37,373 nt of DNA from a virus (IMGVR_UViG_3300006737_000072:1-37373), one strand, 5' to 3'; positions 24,600 to 34,834 are shown, numbered from the stretch's first letter. The notes: generated by a model from the letters alone, not told the origin. Numbers and translations are program-made.

Positions 24600-27500
24600 G
24601 CGATCCACTATTCGACAACATAAACCTCGACTTTGAGTTCTTAACCAGAGAGCAGGCGGCCCGGCAACGGTCTGCACCAACAGCCGAGGATATCTTCAAG
24701 TTCCTGCCGGGGATTGAGGATGTTGTTGATCGTGAAGCCTTTACAGCGGAGTACGACAAGGGCATTGCTGCGTTAATGAACTCCGACATTGATCGCATGG
24801 ACGGCTTCTTTGAAGCGTTTGGCGAAGAAATGTTTCGTCAAGAGCAGTTGTTGTTGGCGGTGGATGACCTTGACCTTAACCCCTTTACCGATGACAAAAC
24901 TGTTGAGGGAGAGACTGCGGCACGAAGAAGAGTTGTCGAAGCAAGAAGAGCCTTGGAAATGCAGGGCAAAGAGGGGGAGACCGGGGTATTTACAGCGCAG
25001 GGAGGTCGTGGTCTTGGCGAATCCATAAACGAGATGCTTGTCACGCCTGCCATCACTGCTTTTGGTGGCGGCCTTGCTGGTCTTTTTGGTGGTCCGGCAG
25101 CACCAGTAACTGTACCCGCTGGTATGGCTGTGGGGTACAAAGGGGGTCAGGCTCTTGGTGCGGCACGACTTGCTGACCGCGTTTACAACCAGTCCATGAT
25201 GGAGTACCAAAACAACCTGATGGAGGAAAACAGGAGAAGGTACATCAATGGCGAGGACATGATCTCTTACGACCTAGAAGACTCTAGGCTTTATGCTGGG
25301 CGTGCTGTTGCGGTCGAACTGATGATGGAGTTGACCACCTCAAGAATACCGGGTCTTCGCACAGTTCCAAAAGGTGCAAAAAAAACAGGAAAAGGGGTCG
25401 GCGGAAAAGCCGTCACAGACTTTACTGACGCAGAACTCAGTGCCATTCGCGGCGGAGCCAAACAACACGTTAGAAAATTTGCTGCTAACACTCTTAGGCA
25501 GTCGGGCCAAGAGGCGTTTGAAGAAGGGTTTGCAGGACTTGCCAATGATTCCCTTGCTGAATTGCAGGAGTTCGTTTCCGGCGACGAGTTAAATGTTCAA
25601 GGCCGGTTTGACGTAGGCGGGTATTTTCAAGATGCATTGCTTGGGGCAGTGGGCGGGTCTGCGTTTGGCAGTTTGCACTACACCCAACAAGCCGCCGCCA
25701 GTGTTGGGTTGCGTGCAGCCGAACGAGCGGCACTGGGACCGCAGGCAAGACAGGCCCGAGACACAGCAGCCGAAATTGCCGACATTGAATCAGGAGCATT
25801 GGAGGCGGACGCTTCTGAGTTTGGGGCTTTGAGCGAAGAGGCTCAACAAGAACGGGTTGATCAAACCAGAGAAGACGCAGAGGCCGCGAGACAAAGGGCA
25901 GCAGATGCTGGACAGCGTGCGTCTGACTTGCAGGCTGAAGCCGCAAAAGATGACGGACCCTCCATGGAGGAGCAGCAGTCAAAAATTGATGAGGCTGTCG
26001 CAGAGCGTGACGAAGCGTTTGCTGACTACAACAAGTTGGCTCGCCGGGTTCGTCTTTACAACGAAGTCTTTGGCAAGAAGGTGACAGACGCTGGCACGCA
26101 AACCGTCGAAGAACACCTTGGCAACATGAGCAAGCCCAAGACGAAGTCGGATGAAGGCGAAGCAGCATCTACGCCATTTAGCGTGCGTGCCAAGGCAGCA
26201 TACACCATTGCCGAAAAAGCAGCCGTGGCACTTGGTAACCGACTTGGCGTAAATGTAGTGTTTGTGGACGGTGGTCAAAACACCGAGAATGACTCCGCCA
26301 CTGGGTGGTTTGCATATCAAGTAGAGGCTAAAGATAGCAAGCCAACAGTAGTCCTTCGTAGTGCTGATGCCATTGGTCAAATAATCTCTCAAGGCGGGGC
26401 CAAGTCAGAAGTTGGCGCACTGTACCTTCGCGGCTTGGTGGCCCACGAGGCTATCCACGCGGTGCAGTTCTACAACCCAGAGTTGTACCGGCACATTCGT
26501 TCGTTAATGGATGACTCTCGGGTTCTTCAGGCTGCACAAAGTTACTCCAAGGACCTTTACCGAGTTGAGGGGCTGGGCAACACTCGTCCCGTGGCTCCCG
26601 GTACGCAGGCCCTTATGGCTTTGCTGCATACTGCCAACCCGGACTCTTCAGTGTTTGGCGAAGATGCCGCAGCCTTTGTCGAGGCTGAAGGTGCTGCACG
26701 ACTTATTGAAGAAGGTGCGAGAAAGTTTGACGGCAAGGTTGAAAGTTTGCTGGCTCGCATTGGATTATTGGGAGGAAAGGCACAGCATGCCCAACGAGTG
26801 CTGCGTGTTCTTGAGGCCGCCGCTGCCGAAGAAGGCGGCTTGGCCGCTGCCGAGGCCCCGGTAGGTGGGAGCCGTGCAACTTTGCTGGCGGGCATGCGGT
26901 TTGACCAGTTGCTTACGGGCGAGGCTCAGCGTGCCAAAGAAGAGCAAGAGCGTGAGGCTCGTGAGAAGGCGGCGGACGCACTTGAGGAGGAGATGCGTGA
27001 CGGGGTCACCCCTGAAGACGTAGACGCAGCCTTGGAAGAAGAAGGCATTGACCCAGACGAGGCAACCGAAAGTGATGTTGCCAAGGCCCGGATTGCTGTT
27101 GCGGTGGACAACAACATGCGTTCCGACAATCTTGCAGAGTTCTACGGGGCGACAGACGAAGAACTTCGCGTCACCATGTACCACGGAACAAGGTTCCCGT
27201 TTGCCGAGAGTGATGTCTTTGACCCATCGTTGTCAGAGTTGGGCCTGCACCTCACCGCCAACCCAATCGTGGCGAACACCTTTGCAGACTCACAACTCGG
27301 AACTGGTGACCAGCGTGTCTACCCACTGGTTGCTCGGATGGAAAACCCGTTGCGTCTGCTTGACCCAATGTCGTGGAACGAAACCACGGTTGGCGTTGGG
27401 GTCACATACGAACTTGGAATTCCTACCGCAGAAGCAATTGTTGGCATGCGACGTATGGAGGCGGACGCTTTTACAGATGTGGTGACTAGCAAGTTGGACG

Positions 27501-30500
27501 CTATGACTCGCGGCGTTCGCATGCGAAGGCTGGCTGATAAGACGGGCATGGACTTGCTTTTCAAGATTAGCGAGACTTTGCGAAATGATGGGCCGGAAGC
27601 AGCAGCGGAACAGATTCGCAAAATTGCCAACGCTCGCCAGAAAGTCATGACAAAGCAAGGCAGGGAAACACCTGTGTTTGCCAGAGAGGTTTACAACCGC
27701 CGAATGCAAAGGTACATCCAAAGCCTCGGTTATGACAGCGTTGTCTACGTCAACCGGGCCGAGATGGAAAACACCATAGGTGGAGGCACAGCCGGTAATG
27801 ACAACCTGCTTGCCTTCCCCAGCATTGCGGTGTCTGACCGACTTTCGCAAGAGGATTTGCGAGAAGAGATAGTTTCTGACGCGGTGTGGGCAGAGGAAGC
27901 CGAGAAAATGGGACTGCGTCCTGAAGATTCTCACATCGTCTTTGATGCAAATCAGATCAAGAGTGCAACAGGCAACAACGGCTCCTTCTCCTTGAATGCC
28001 AGCATTGCCAAGGCCCGGATTAGCCGACCCGGTCCCGACGTTGACTCAGGATCGCTGACATCTACGATGCTTGGTGACGTACCGCCTGAGCGACATGGCG
28101 AGTTGCTCGCGGCTGCTCAGGTTGCAGCAAACCTTGACCTTGAAGAGATCCGTCACACCGAATGGGTTGGCGAGATGCGGAAGTCGCCGCACGCCAACAC
28201 CCTGACCATTCCAACCGCAGCGGAGTTCACTGAGGTTGACTCCGAAGGCAACCCAAGAATCCGAGCGTTCCGCATTACCGGGACCAACGTGGTGTATGCA
28301 CTGAAGCGTGTTGAACAAGGGCAAGACGAAGACAACCCAACCTTTGACGGTTACGAGTGGACTGGCCTTGCGAACAACGAGACCAACGCACGCGACGTTG
28401 TTCCGATTGTTGCCGGTCATGCTATACTGATGGCGGACGGCAAGCCCGTTCGTGGAGACTACTTTGACGTTCGCAAGCCCGGATCGTTGGTCGGCAAGTT
28501 GCCCGCCTTGTATCGCCGTGTCGGCTTCAAAATCACAGGCCGTGTCGAGTTCGATCCACAGTTCTTAGACCCTGAAACATTCCCAGCACAACTTGAAGCA
28601 TGGAAGGCTGATGGCTGGAACCCGGAGTATAACTATGACGAAAGCAACCCCGAACCAGAAGCCGTTGGCGGAGAACGTGTCCCGAGCAACCTCCCTGCTG
28701 TCGAGTATGCCGTTCTTGACGGACTCTCAGAAGCAGAACTTTCAAGCATCCGTAGCGGCGGGCTTAGAGCATGGGTTGCTGTCGCCGAGCAGCGTTCAGG
28801 ATCTCCAGTCATCCGAAGCCGTGACGCTTCTCAGCAGGCTGAAGACGGCACACGACGAGTGGACGAGGGACGATCTGAGCAGCGAGATGTGGGAGATGTA
28901 TCAGGAAGACCCGCAGACGCTGTTGCAGATGGTGAAGGACGAGGAGAGCCTGATCAAGGAACTGGACGAGCAGCCGATGACACCGTTCGTCCAAGCACTG
29001 ATGGAGAGGCTCGACCTCAGCGAAAACGTCAGGGCCAAGTAAACCTCACCAAACTGGCTGTCCTTGCACAGGCAGAGGCACGCAACAAAGACGTTGCCGA
29101 ACTAGCCCGCATGATGATCGGGATGGACCTTCTGCCAGATGCAGAGTGGTATCGCCTGCACAAGGAGTGGAAAGACAGCGGCACGAAACTGGAGAGCAAG
29201 TCCCCAGAGGCTGTGGCTTTCCGCGAGTACGCTAATGCTCACGCTCGTTCCGTTGGGTTGCCCGGACGGAACACCAAGGGTTCAGGCCCTGTTGCCAAAG
29301 AGCAACGCAACCTTCTCCAGCGTGCGCTCAACTACCGCTCAATCGCCGCTGCGGGCCGCCTGAAGACTTTGCTGGGCATCGACGGGTCTGAGGTCTCGGA
29401 AGACCAAGCAGCCGATCTGAGGGCTTTGTACGTCGAAGCCATCGCTCAGGGTATTGCAGCCGTTAGTTCCAACAGTGAACTAAGTGACGCAGAGATGTGG
29501 TATGGAACCACGATCAGCAACATGGTCCGTGTTCTAAACAACCGTGTGCCGGGCCTTCGACGAACCGACCCGAACTTCCAAGAAAACCGTGTGGTCTTCA
29601 CCATGATTCTTGCCATCATGTCTAATGGTGAGAAGATCGACCGCAACATGGCGAAGGCTATCGAGGCGTTCAACACCTACGTTGAGACAGGTGAACTCAA
29701 GGCTCCTGCGGGTTACCGAGTGGGTGCTGACTTCGTCACCATCCAGCAGTTGCGTGAACACTTCGGCTCATGGACTGAGGTTGCCAACTGGATGAAGCAG
29801 CGTGGCACGGTAGGTGAAGTCAATGCCCGCATTCGCCAACTGAAGAAGGACATGGACGAGGCAGGTCAAGACAACGACCGGCTCAAGGAAATCTCTGGCG
29901 AACTGGTGGACCAAGACGGGTACAACGCTCTGGTCATCGGCCCCAAGATTGGCTCGTTCTACCTGAACATGAACGAGAACTGGAACCCCATCACCATGGA
30001 CATCTGGTTTACCAGAACCATCGCTCGGGTTGGGGGGATTACCACTCGTGTTCAGAAGCGTGCGACCTCGGACTTCAGGTTCTACCGCCGCTTGATCAGA
30101 TTGAGAAACCACTATGGCAACTCGATTGATCAAGACCGTCAATACATTCGTGAACGGGTCAGCCCCAAGCAACGCAAGACTGTTGACAACATCTTCGGTC
30201 GTATTGTCGAAGGCCGTCAGACCAAGCGGGACATGGGCAAGTTGGAGGAGTATCAGAAGGAGCATGCGGTCAAGTCTGGTGCTGAAGCCAACCGTGACGA
30301 GTGGGCCATATCGATTCACAAATACAACCCAGAGTTCCGCGACAACGAGAACCGTGCGTCCGTTCTTGACAAGGTGTCTCCGCAAGGCGAGATCGCCGAG
30401 GACTTCAACGACACGCTTGAAGCAGATCACAAGGCGTATCGCATTGCCAAGTTTAAAGAAGCAGACCCCCTAAAGAAGGTGGTTCTCACAGTGGTCAACG

Positions 30501-33500
30501 GTTACGCCAAGGACCGCGAGGCCGAGATGGATGCCCCCAACACTGGTGGAGAGCGTGCCGCCATGCGTGTCATCACCACCGAAGCGGTGGCTCGGGCTAA
30601 CGAAATCGTTGAAGAGCAAACAGGTAAGCCCGGTCGCATCACCAACGCTGCTGCACAAGCAAACCTTTGGTATCTGGAGAAGGGCATCTACTTTGCCATG
30701 GTCCAGTCCCCTCAGTACGGCGACCCTCGTGCGCAGGACTTTGCCTCAGCAGCAGACAAGGTCACGAAGGACATGGGCTTCTTCCTTGAGGGTGACGTTG
30801 ACCAAGGCGGCAGCGACCCCAAAATTGCCAAGGCTCGTGTCCACCCCGTTCTTGGCGACAGCAAGACTGCCGGTGAACACAAGGACTTCAACGACGCAGA
30901 CGGAGTAGAGGACGAGGACGCTCCCATTGCCGAGGCCGTGGTGGCACACGGTCGTATCTCCCGACCGCAACTGGAAGGCAGGCTCAATCAACTTTCCAAC
31001 AAGTTGTCTACGGATGAAGCCATGCTTGCCGAGATGTATGGCATCGCTCCGTTCATGAACGACACGCTCAAGAACATCGTCGATGAGCAAAAGGATCTGC
31101 TTGGAAGTCGATTGGGCATGTCCCCGGCACTGGCTGCTGACCGTGGCCTGACCGCTGGTCTCGCTGCCGCCAAGGCTGTTGCTCTGGCAGAGCGACGAAT
31201 GGCTCGCCAAGAAAGACAAGATGCCATCCGCAAGAAGCGTGACCAACTCAAGGCATCGGAAGCCAAGCGTATTGCCAAGTTAAAAGAAGGCTTCGCAGAG
31301 CAGAAGCAGAAGTTGCGTGACCAGTTCAAGGAGCGGCTCGCCAAGATGACCAAGGCCGAGCGAACCCGCAAGAAAGCGGCGTTGCAGCGTGCGTTGGAAG
31401 GTCGCATCAAGGCACTGGAGAATCAGGAAAAGAGGTACGAACGCAGAATCAAGAAGATGCAGAACAAGAACGCCGAGGTTGCTCAACTGCGTTCAATGCT
31501 GGTGGATATGGTTACAACCCACCTGCCCTCTGCGTCACGAGGCAAGTTCATCAAACGTCTGACTCGTAAGAACCTGACGGCTGGGCAGATGTCCAAGATA
31601 TCTGACGAGATCCTCCGCGAGTCTGCAATGGTTGACCTGCGTGGTGCGAAGCAGCGGGTCAAGGCTGCACGCAAAAAGTACGGGAAAAGCGGGCGAAAGA
31701 TGGCTAACGAGACCCGTGAGGCAATCGATGCCGACCTTGCCAAAGCGGAGCAACTCCTTACCACCGACCTAACCGAGATGGACTACGAGAGCATCCGTCG
31801 CTTGGCTGGCGAGGTAGAGGCACTGATCGGTGAAGCCAACGGGAAGTACGACGCTGACCGTGAGTCTTTCAAGGATGAGAAGAATCCGAGAAGCCAAGGC
31901 ATCATGACTCGAATCGAGGCGGTGCTTGACTTCTTGGTGGATCGTCCGGGCAAGCCTCGCAAGGGTCGTGCGATTGGCACTCGTAGGGCTGGAGAACTGG
32001 CAGGCGGGCTTGGTCGCAACGGTGGCTTGGACCTTCGGGCCGCCCTGTCCCTGATCGGATTGAAGGGTGAACACAAGTTGTTGACCCGTGCCGAGGACAG
32101 AAAGAAGTTGGATGCCCGCGAGTTGATCGAGGTTACCAACGCCGTCCTGCGTGAGTATGGCTACCGCAACCTGCAAGACTTTGTTGCCCGCACCTCCGGC
32201 AGTAAGGGCCTTGGTCGCCAAGAGTTTGTTGACTTCACCTACCGGGATAAAGAGGGTGACATTCAGGTGGTGACCCTGTCCTTGGGTCAGGCAATGAAGT
32301 TGCTTGCCATGGACGAACACACCATGGAGCAACTGCGAAAGCAGAATCGCAAAGACCCAACCAAGGTGCAGGAGATTGCGTTCACCAACGTGACCCAGCC
32401 TGTTGAGGGCGGCGAGTCAATCTTTGGATTTGACTTGGCGACAGACATCGAGACCTTCCGCGAGCAGATGCTTGACGAACGTCCAGAGTTGCATGAGATC
32501 ATCATGCGTCTGAAGGATGTCCGCAACAAGTTGCTTAAGCCAAAGGCTATGGCTGCCTTGTTCCGTCTGACCGGCAACACTCCCCCGTCCACCGAAGACT
32601 ACGAGCCACGCAAGATTCGCATGGACTCCCCCGCCGTCAAGGATGAGGACCAGATCGCACAGATGGCAAACGCTGGTACGGTTGGCCCTCGGTTTGCCGA
32701 GAACGCAGGCATGACCATTCGCCGTACGGGCGGGGGGGTTACCTTGGTCGGCGACTTCATGGGTGACTACATGGAGCATGCCGAGAACTCTCTCAACCTT
32801 GCACACATGGCGGAGCCAACCCGAATCCTGTGGTCAGTCCTGAGCGACCGGGAGGCAGGGGAAGCAATCGCCCGAGTTTACGGCGACGAGTACCTGTCCA
32901 ACCTTCGTATTCAAATCGGGTACGGCACTGGCCTGCTGCAAGCCAACATGGATGCTGGCCCGCTCGGTGAGATTGTTGCGATGGCTGCTGGGTCCGCCAT
33001 TGCCCTGAACGACATGACCTTCTTCAAGGTTCTGTTCGGGGGGCTGAACAATATGTTTCTGTCCCCGGACATCTCAGTTGCTCAGGCTATCACCGGCATC
33101 ACTCGTGCTTTTGAGTTGGTTGCGACGGGGCGACTGAACAACTTCATGGAGGAGAAGGTCTACCCCAACAGTGGTTATATGTGGGATCGAGACCACGCCT
33201 CCCACGTTGACCGCCGTGTTGTCTTCACCCGTGAGGATGGTCTTGCCAACGAAAAGGATCTTGCATCCTTCACTGATATCATGGAGTCCACGCTCACCTC
33301 CATGGGTGGGTTGATGGAGTCACTGGCCTCCGGCAACTTGTCCGAGACCAAGACGCACCTCAACGATATTCGCAAGGCTGTGTCCGGAATCAGCAAAGCG
33401 ATTCCCGTGTTGCGAGTGCTTGATCGTGTGATTCAGGCAGCCGCCGTTCTTTCCCAAGCAGACGCAGCGTCCATCACCAAAGAAGATGTGTTGGCTGGTG

Positions 33501-34324
33501 CGGAGATTATTCGTGACACGCAGAACACCTCATCACCGCTGGATGATGCTCGGGCTACCGCTCGCCTCCGGGTTAAGGGTGGCCTGCTTTCCTACTTGCT
33601 GACCTTCTCGTCCGACCCGCTAAAGACCCAGTCTCGCATGCTGGAAGCCGAGACTTTTGGTGAGATTACGAAGGCCAACATGATTGCAGTCGTGAACAAC
33701 GCAGCCATTGGAGTCATGGCCCAGATGATGTCGATGGCAGTGATGGCTGCTCTTCTGGATGACGATGATGAGCGTGACCAAGCGTTGAACGAACTCAACA
33801 AGGCACGCATCAAGAACGGCTGGGACCAAGCCTTGGTTGCAGAACTGATCGGTCGAAAGTTTGGCGTGCTTGGCTTCCTGTTCTCCTACCCACTCAGTGC
33901 CATCTATGAGGCGGTGTCCGACAACATCATGCACGGCACGAAAATTGACTCGCGGTATGCAGAAAAGTTGGCGACCGAATCTCTTACCCCGATTGGTGTT
34001 GTCCCGCTCTTGATCGGAACCGTCGGTGACCTGACCAGAGCGTTCAGTGAACCTGACGATGTCAAGCGAGCAGAGGCACGCGAAGATTTGGCGTTCCGCG
34101 TGTTGCAGTACGGTCTGGGCCTGCCCATCAACCGCATTCAGAAGTATGGCGATGCCGCCCTGACCGAGACTAACCGTGCCGAAGTTCGATCCGCTGATTA
34201 CCTGATGAAGAAGATGAACGAGGAGTTCTCACGGGCGGCCCAGCGTGGTGTTGGTTCTGCGAACAAGGAATATGAACGTGCGAAGAAGTTGCGAGACAGA
34301 CGAGAGAAGTTACGCAACAGGTAG
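24596..34324 (+). CDS. Giant (3242 aa) polyvalent/ejection protein with HExxH peptidase-like, ART-like, GNAT-like and HhH/DUF7178-like modules
   Basis: TTG start overlapping the upstream stop. HEAIH (26444); MYHGT...GYDSVVYVN...IVFDANQIKSATGNNGSF (27176-27990); DYFD...LPALYRRVGFKITGRVEFDPQF (about 28457-28563); WY...LAIMSNG...GPKIGSF...TMDIWF...QANLWY (29498-30675); coiled coil about 31180-31500. Confidence 0.88.
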   Translation: MSDPLFDNINLDFEFLTREQAARQRSAPTAEDIFKFLPGIEDVVDREAFTAEYDKGIAALMNSDIDRMDGFFEAFGEEMFRQEQLLLAVDDLDLNPFTDDKTVEGETAARRRVVEARRALEMQGKEGETGVFTAQGGRGLGESINEMLVTPAITAFGGGLAGLFGGPAAPVTVPAGMAVGYKGGQALGAARLADRVYNQSMMEYQNNLMEENRRRYINGEDMISYDLEDSRLYAGRAVAVELMMELTTSRIPGLRTVPKGAKKTGKGVGGKAVTDFTDAELSAIRGGAKQHVRKFAANTLRQSGQEAFEEGFAGLANDSLAELQEFVSGDELNVQGRFDVGGYFQDALLGAVGGSAFGSLHYTQQAAASVGLRAAERAALGPQARQARDTAAEIADIESGALEADASEFGALSEEAQQERVDQTREDAEAARQRAADAGQRASDLQAEAAKDDGPSMEEQQSKIDEAVAERDEAFADYNKLARRVRLYNEVFGKKVTDAGTQTVEEHLGNMSKPKTKSDEGEAASTPFSVRAKAAYTIAEKAAVALGNRLGVNVVFVDGGQNTENDSATGWFAYQVEAKDSKPTVVLRSADAIGQIISQGGAKSEVGALYLRGLVAHEAIHAVQFYNPELYRHIRSLMDDSRVLQAAQSYSKDLYRVEGLGNTRPVAPGTQALMALLHTANPDSSVFGEDAAAFVEAEGAARLIEEGARKFDGKVESLLARIGLLGGKAQHAQRVLRVLEAAAAEEGGLAAAEAPVGGSRATLLAGMRFDQLLTGEAQRAKEEQEREAREKAADALEEEMRDGVTPEDVDAALEEEGIDPDEATESDVAKARIAVAVDNNMRSDNLAEFYGATDEELRVTMYHGTRFPFAESDVFDPSLSELGLHLTANPIVANTFADSQLGTGDQRVYPLVARMENPLRLLDPMSWNETTVGVGVTYELGIPTAEAIVGMRRMEADAFTDVVTSKLDAMTRGVRMRRLADKTGMDLLFKISETLRNDGPEAAAEQIRKIANARQKVMTKQGRETPVFAREVYNRRMQRYIQSLGYDSVVYVNRAEMENTIGGGTAGNDNLLAFPSIAVSDRLSQEDLREEIVSDAVWAEEAEKMGLRPEDSHIVFDANQIKSATGNNGSFSLNASIAKARISRPGPDVDSGSLTSTMLGDVPPERHGELLAAAQVAANLDLEEIRHTEWVGEMRKSPHANTLTIPTAAEFTEVDSEGNPRIRAFRITGTNVVYALKRVEQGQDEDNPTFDGYEWTGLANNETNARDVVPIVAGHAILMADGKPVRGDYFDVRKPGSLVGKLPALYRRVGFKITGRVEFDPQFLDPETFPAQLEAWKADGWNPEYNYDESNPEPEAVGGERVPSNLPAVEYAVLDGLSEAELSSIRSGGLRAWVAVAEQRSGSPVIRSRDASQQAEDGTRRVDEGRSEQRDVGDVSGRPADAVADGEGRGEPDQGTGRAADDTVRPSTDGEARPQRKRQGQVNLTKLAVLAQAEARNKDVAELARMMIGMDLLPDAEWYRLHKEWKDSGTKLESKSPEAVAFREYANAHARSVGLPGRNTKGSGPVAKEQRNLLQRALNYRSIAAAGRLKTLLGIDGSEVSEDQAADLRALYVEAIAQGIAAVSSNSELSDAEMWYGTTISNMVRVLNNRVPGLRRTDPNFQENRVVFTMILAIMSNGEKIDRNMAKAIEAFNTYVETGELKAPAGYRVGADFVTIQQLREHFGSWTEVANWMKQRGTVGEVNARIRQLKKDMDEAGQDNDRLKEISGELVDQDGYNALVIGPKIGSFYLNMNENWNPITMDIWFTRTIARVGGITTRVQKRATSDFRFYRRLIRLRNHYGNSIDQDRQYIRERVSPKQRKTVDNIFGRIVEGRQTKRDMGKLEEYQKEHAVKSGAEANRDEWAISIHKYNPEFRDNENRASVLDKVSPQGEIAEDFNDTLEADHKAYRIAKFKEADPLKKVVLTVVNGYAKDREAEMDAPNTGGERAAMRVITTEAVARANEIVEEQTGKPGRITNAAAQANLWYLEKGIYFAMVQSPQYGDPRAQDFASAADKVTKDMGFFLEGDVDQGGSDPKIAKARVHPVLGDSKTAGEHKDFNDADGVEDEDAPIAEAVVAHGRISRPQLEGRLNQLSNKLSTDEAMLAEMYGIAPFMNDTLKNIVDEQKDLLGSRLGMSPALAADRGLTAGLAAAKAVALAERRMARQERQDAIRKKRDQLKASEAKRIAKLKEGFAEQKQKLRDQFKERLAKMTKAERTRKKAALQRALEGRIKALENQEKRYERRIKKMQNKNAEVAQLRSMLVDMVTTHLPSASRGKFIKRLTRKNLTAGQMSKISDEILRESAMVDLRGAKQRVKAARKKYGKSGRKMANETREAIDADLAKAEQLLTTDLTEMDYESIRRLAGEVEALIGEANGKYDADRESFKDEKNPRSQGIMTRIEAVLDFLVDRPGKPRKGRAIGTRRAGELAGGLGRNGGLDLRAALSLIGLKGEHKLLTRAEDRKKLDARELIEVTNAVLREYGYRNLQDFVARTSGSKGLGRQEFVDFTYRDKEGDIQVVTLSLGQAMKLLAMDEHTMEQLRKQNRKDPTKVQEIAFTNVTQPVEGGESIFGFDLATDIETFREQMLDERPELHEIIMRLKDVRNKLLKPKAMAALFRLTGNTPPSTEDYEPRKIRMDSPAVKDEDQIAQMANAGTVGPRFAENAGMTIRRTGGGVTLVGDFMGDYMEHAENSLNLAHMAEPTRILWSVLSDREAGEAIARVYGDEYLSNLRIQIGYGTGLLQANMDAGPLGEIVAMAAGSAIALNDMTFFKVLFGGLNNMFLSPDISVAQAITGITRAFELVATGRLNNFMEEKVYPNSGYMWDRDHASHVDRRVVFTREDGLANEKDLASFTDIMESTLTSMGGLMESLASGNLSETKTHLNDIRKAVSGISKAIPVLRVLDRVIQAAAVLSQADAASITKEDVLAGAEIIRDTQNTSSPLDDARATARLRVKGGLLSYLLTFSSDPLKTQSRMLEAETFGEITKANMIAVVNNAAIGVMAQMMSMAVMAALLDDDDERDQALNELNKARIKNGWDQALVAELIGRKFGVLGFLFSYPLSAIYEAVSDNIMHGTKIDSRYAEKLATESLTPIGVVPLLIGTVGDLTRAFSEPDDVKRAEAREDLAFRVLQYGLGLPINRIQKYGDAALTETNRAEVRSADYLMKKMNEEFSRAAQRGVGSANKEYERAKKLRDRREKLRNR
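28635..29042 (+). CDS. Candidate nested gene in the +1 frame of the giant protein (135 aa; alternative start 28707, 111 aa)
   Basis: GGAG 7 nt before ATG 28635; acidic, helical, Cys-free product; the host frame switches to GGA/CGA-rich low-complexity sequence over the same interval. Confidence 0.65.
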   Translation: MTKATPNQKPLAENVSRATSLLSSMPFLTDSQKQNFQASVAAGLEHGLLSPSSVQDLQSSEAVTLLSRLKTAHDEWTRDDLSSEMWEMYQEDPQTLLQMVKDEESLIKELDEQPMTPFVQALMERLDLSENVRAK

Positions 34325-34834
34325 TGACGCGAGGTCGATCTCTTGCAGCGTGACATGCACGCCGTCCTCTGCTCCGTATTGCTTGGTCGCCGTCAGGTAA
34401 ATCACCTGAGAGTCATCAACGTACAGCACGTCGTTGATTGCATCCATGATCATCTTGGCAAGGTTGTCGATGTCAGGCCGGGCGGTCATGTAAGCGTGGG
34501 CATACTTCTCCAGCACCAAACCCTTTGAGTTGAAATGCTTCTTGGGTCTCTGGTATACGAACACCAAGGAGAGCCGGAGGGGTCGGTGCGAGGGTGTCCA
34601 TCCACTCGCCGCTGCTGCATGCTCCGCCGCAACCCTGACCGCCCCCTTCCATGCTCTTGCCTTGGGGTTCGCAATCGACACGGCCCTACCCTTGAACACC
34701 CGAGGGCGAGGCAAGGGGACGGGCCTGCCGTGTACCTTGAAGATTACAGGCCGTACGTCTTCTTGAGGATTGCCCTGATGTACGCCTTCGGCGTGTTCGC
34801 CTGCCTGCTTCTTGTGACTATCGAGTTCAGACAA
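34310..34834 (-). CDS. rusA: RusA-family Holliday junction resolvase (start uncertain, TTG)
   Basis: GRPVPLPRPR, RPDIDNLAKMIMDAIN, DDSQV and ATKQY motifs. Confidence 0.9.
   Translation of the reverse strand: MSELDSHKKQAGEHAEGVHQGNPQEDVRPVIFKVHGRPVPLPRPRVFKGRAVSIANPKARAWKGAVRVAAEHAAAASGWTPSHRPLRLSLVFVYQRPKKHFNSKGLVLEKYAHAYMTARPDIDNLAKMIMDAINDVLYVDDSQVIYLTATKQYGAEDGVHVTLQEIDLASLPVA

Noticed and set aside
27048-27485. Other +1-frame ORFs inside the giant gene (also 26511, 30114, 30531)
   Set aside because: Thr/Ser/Arg/Leu-rich, almost no acidic residues, and the main frame is a conserved domain there: typical shadows, unlike 28635-29042.
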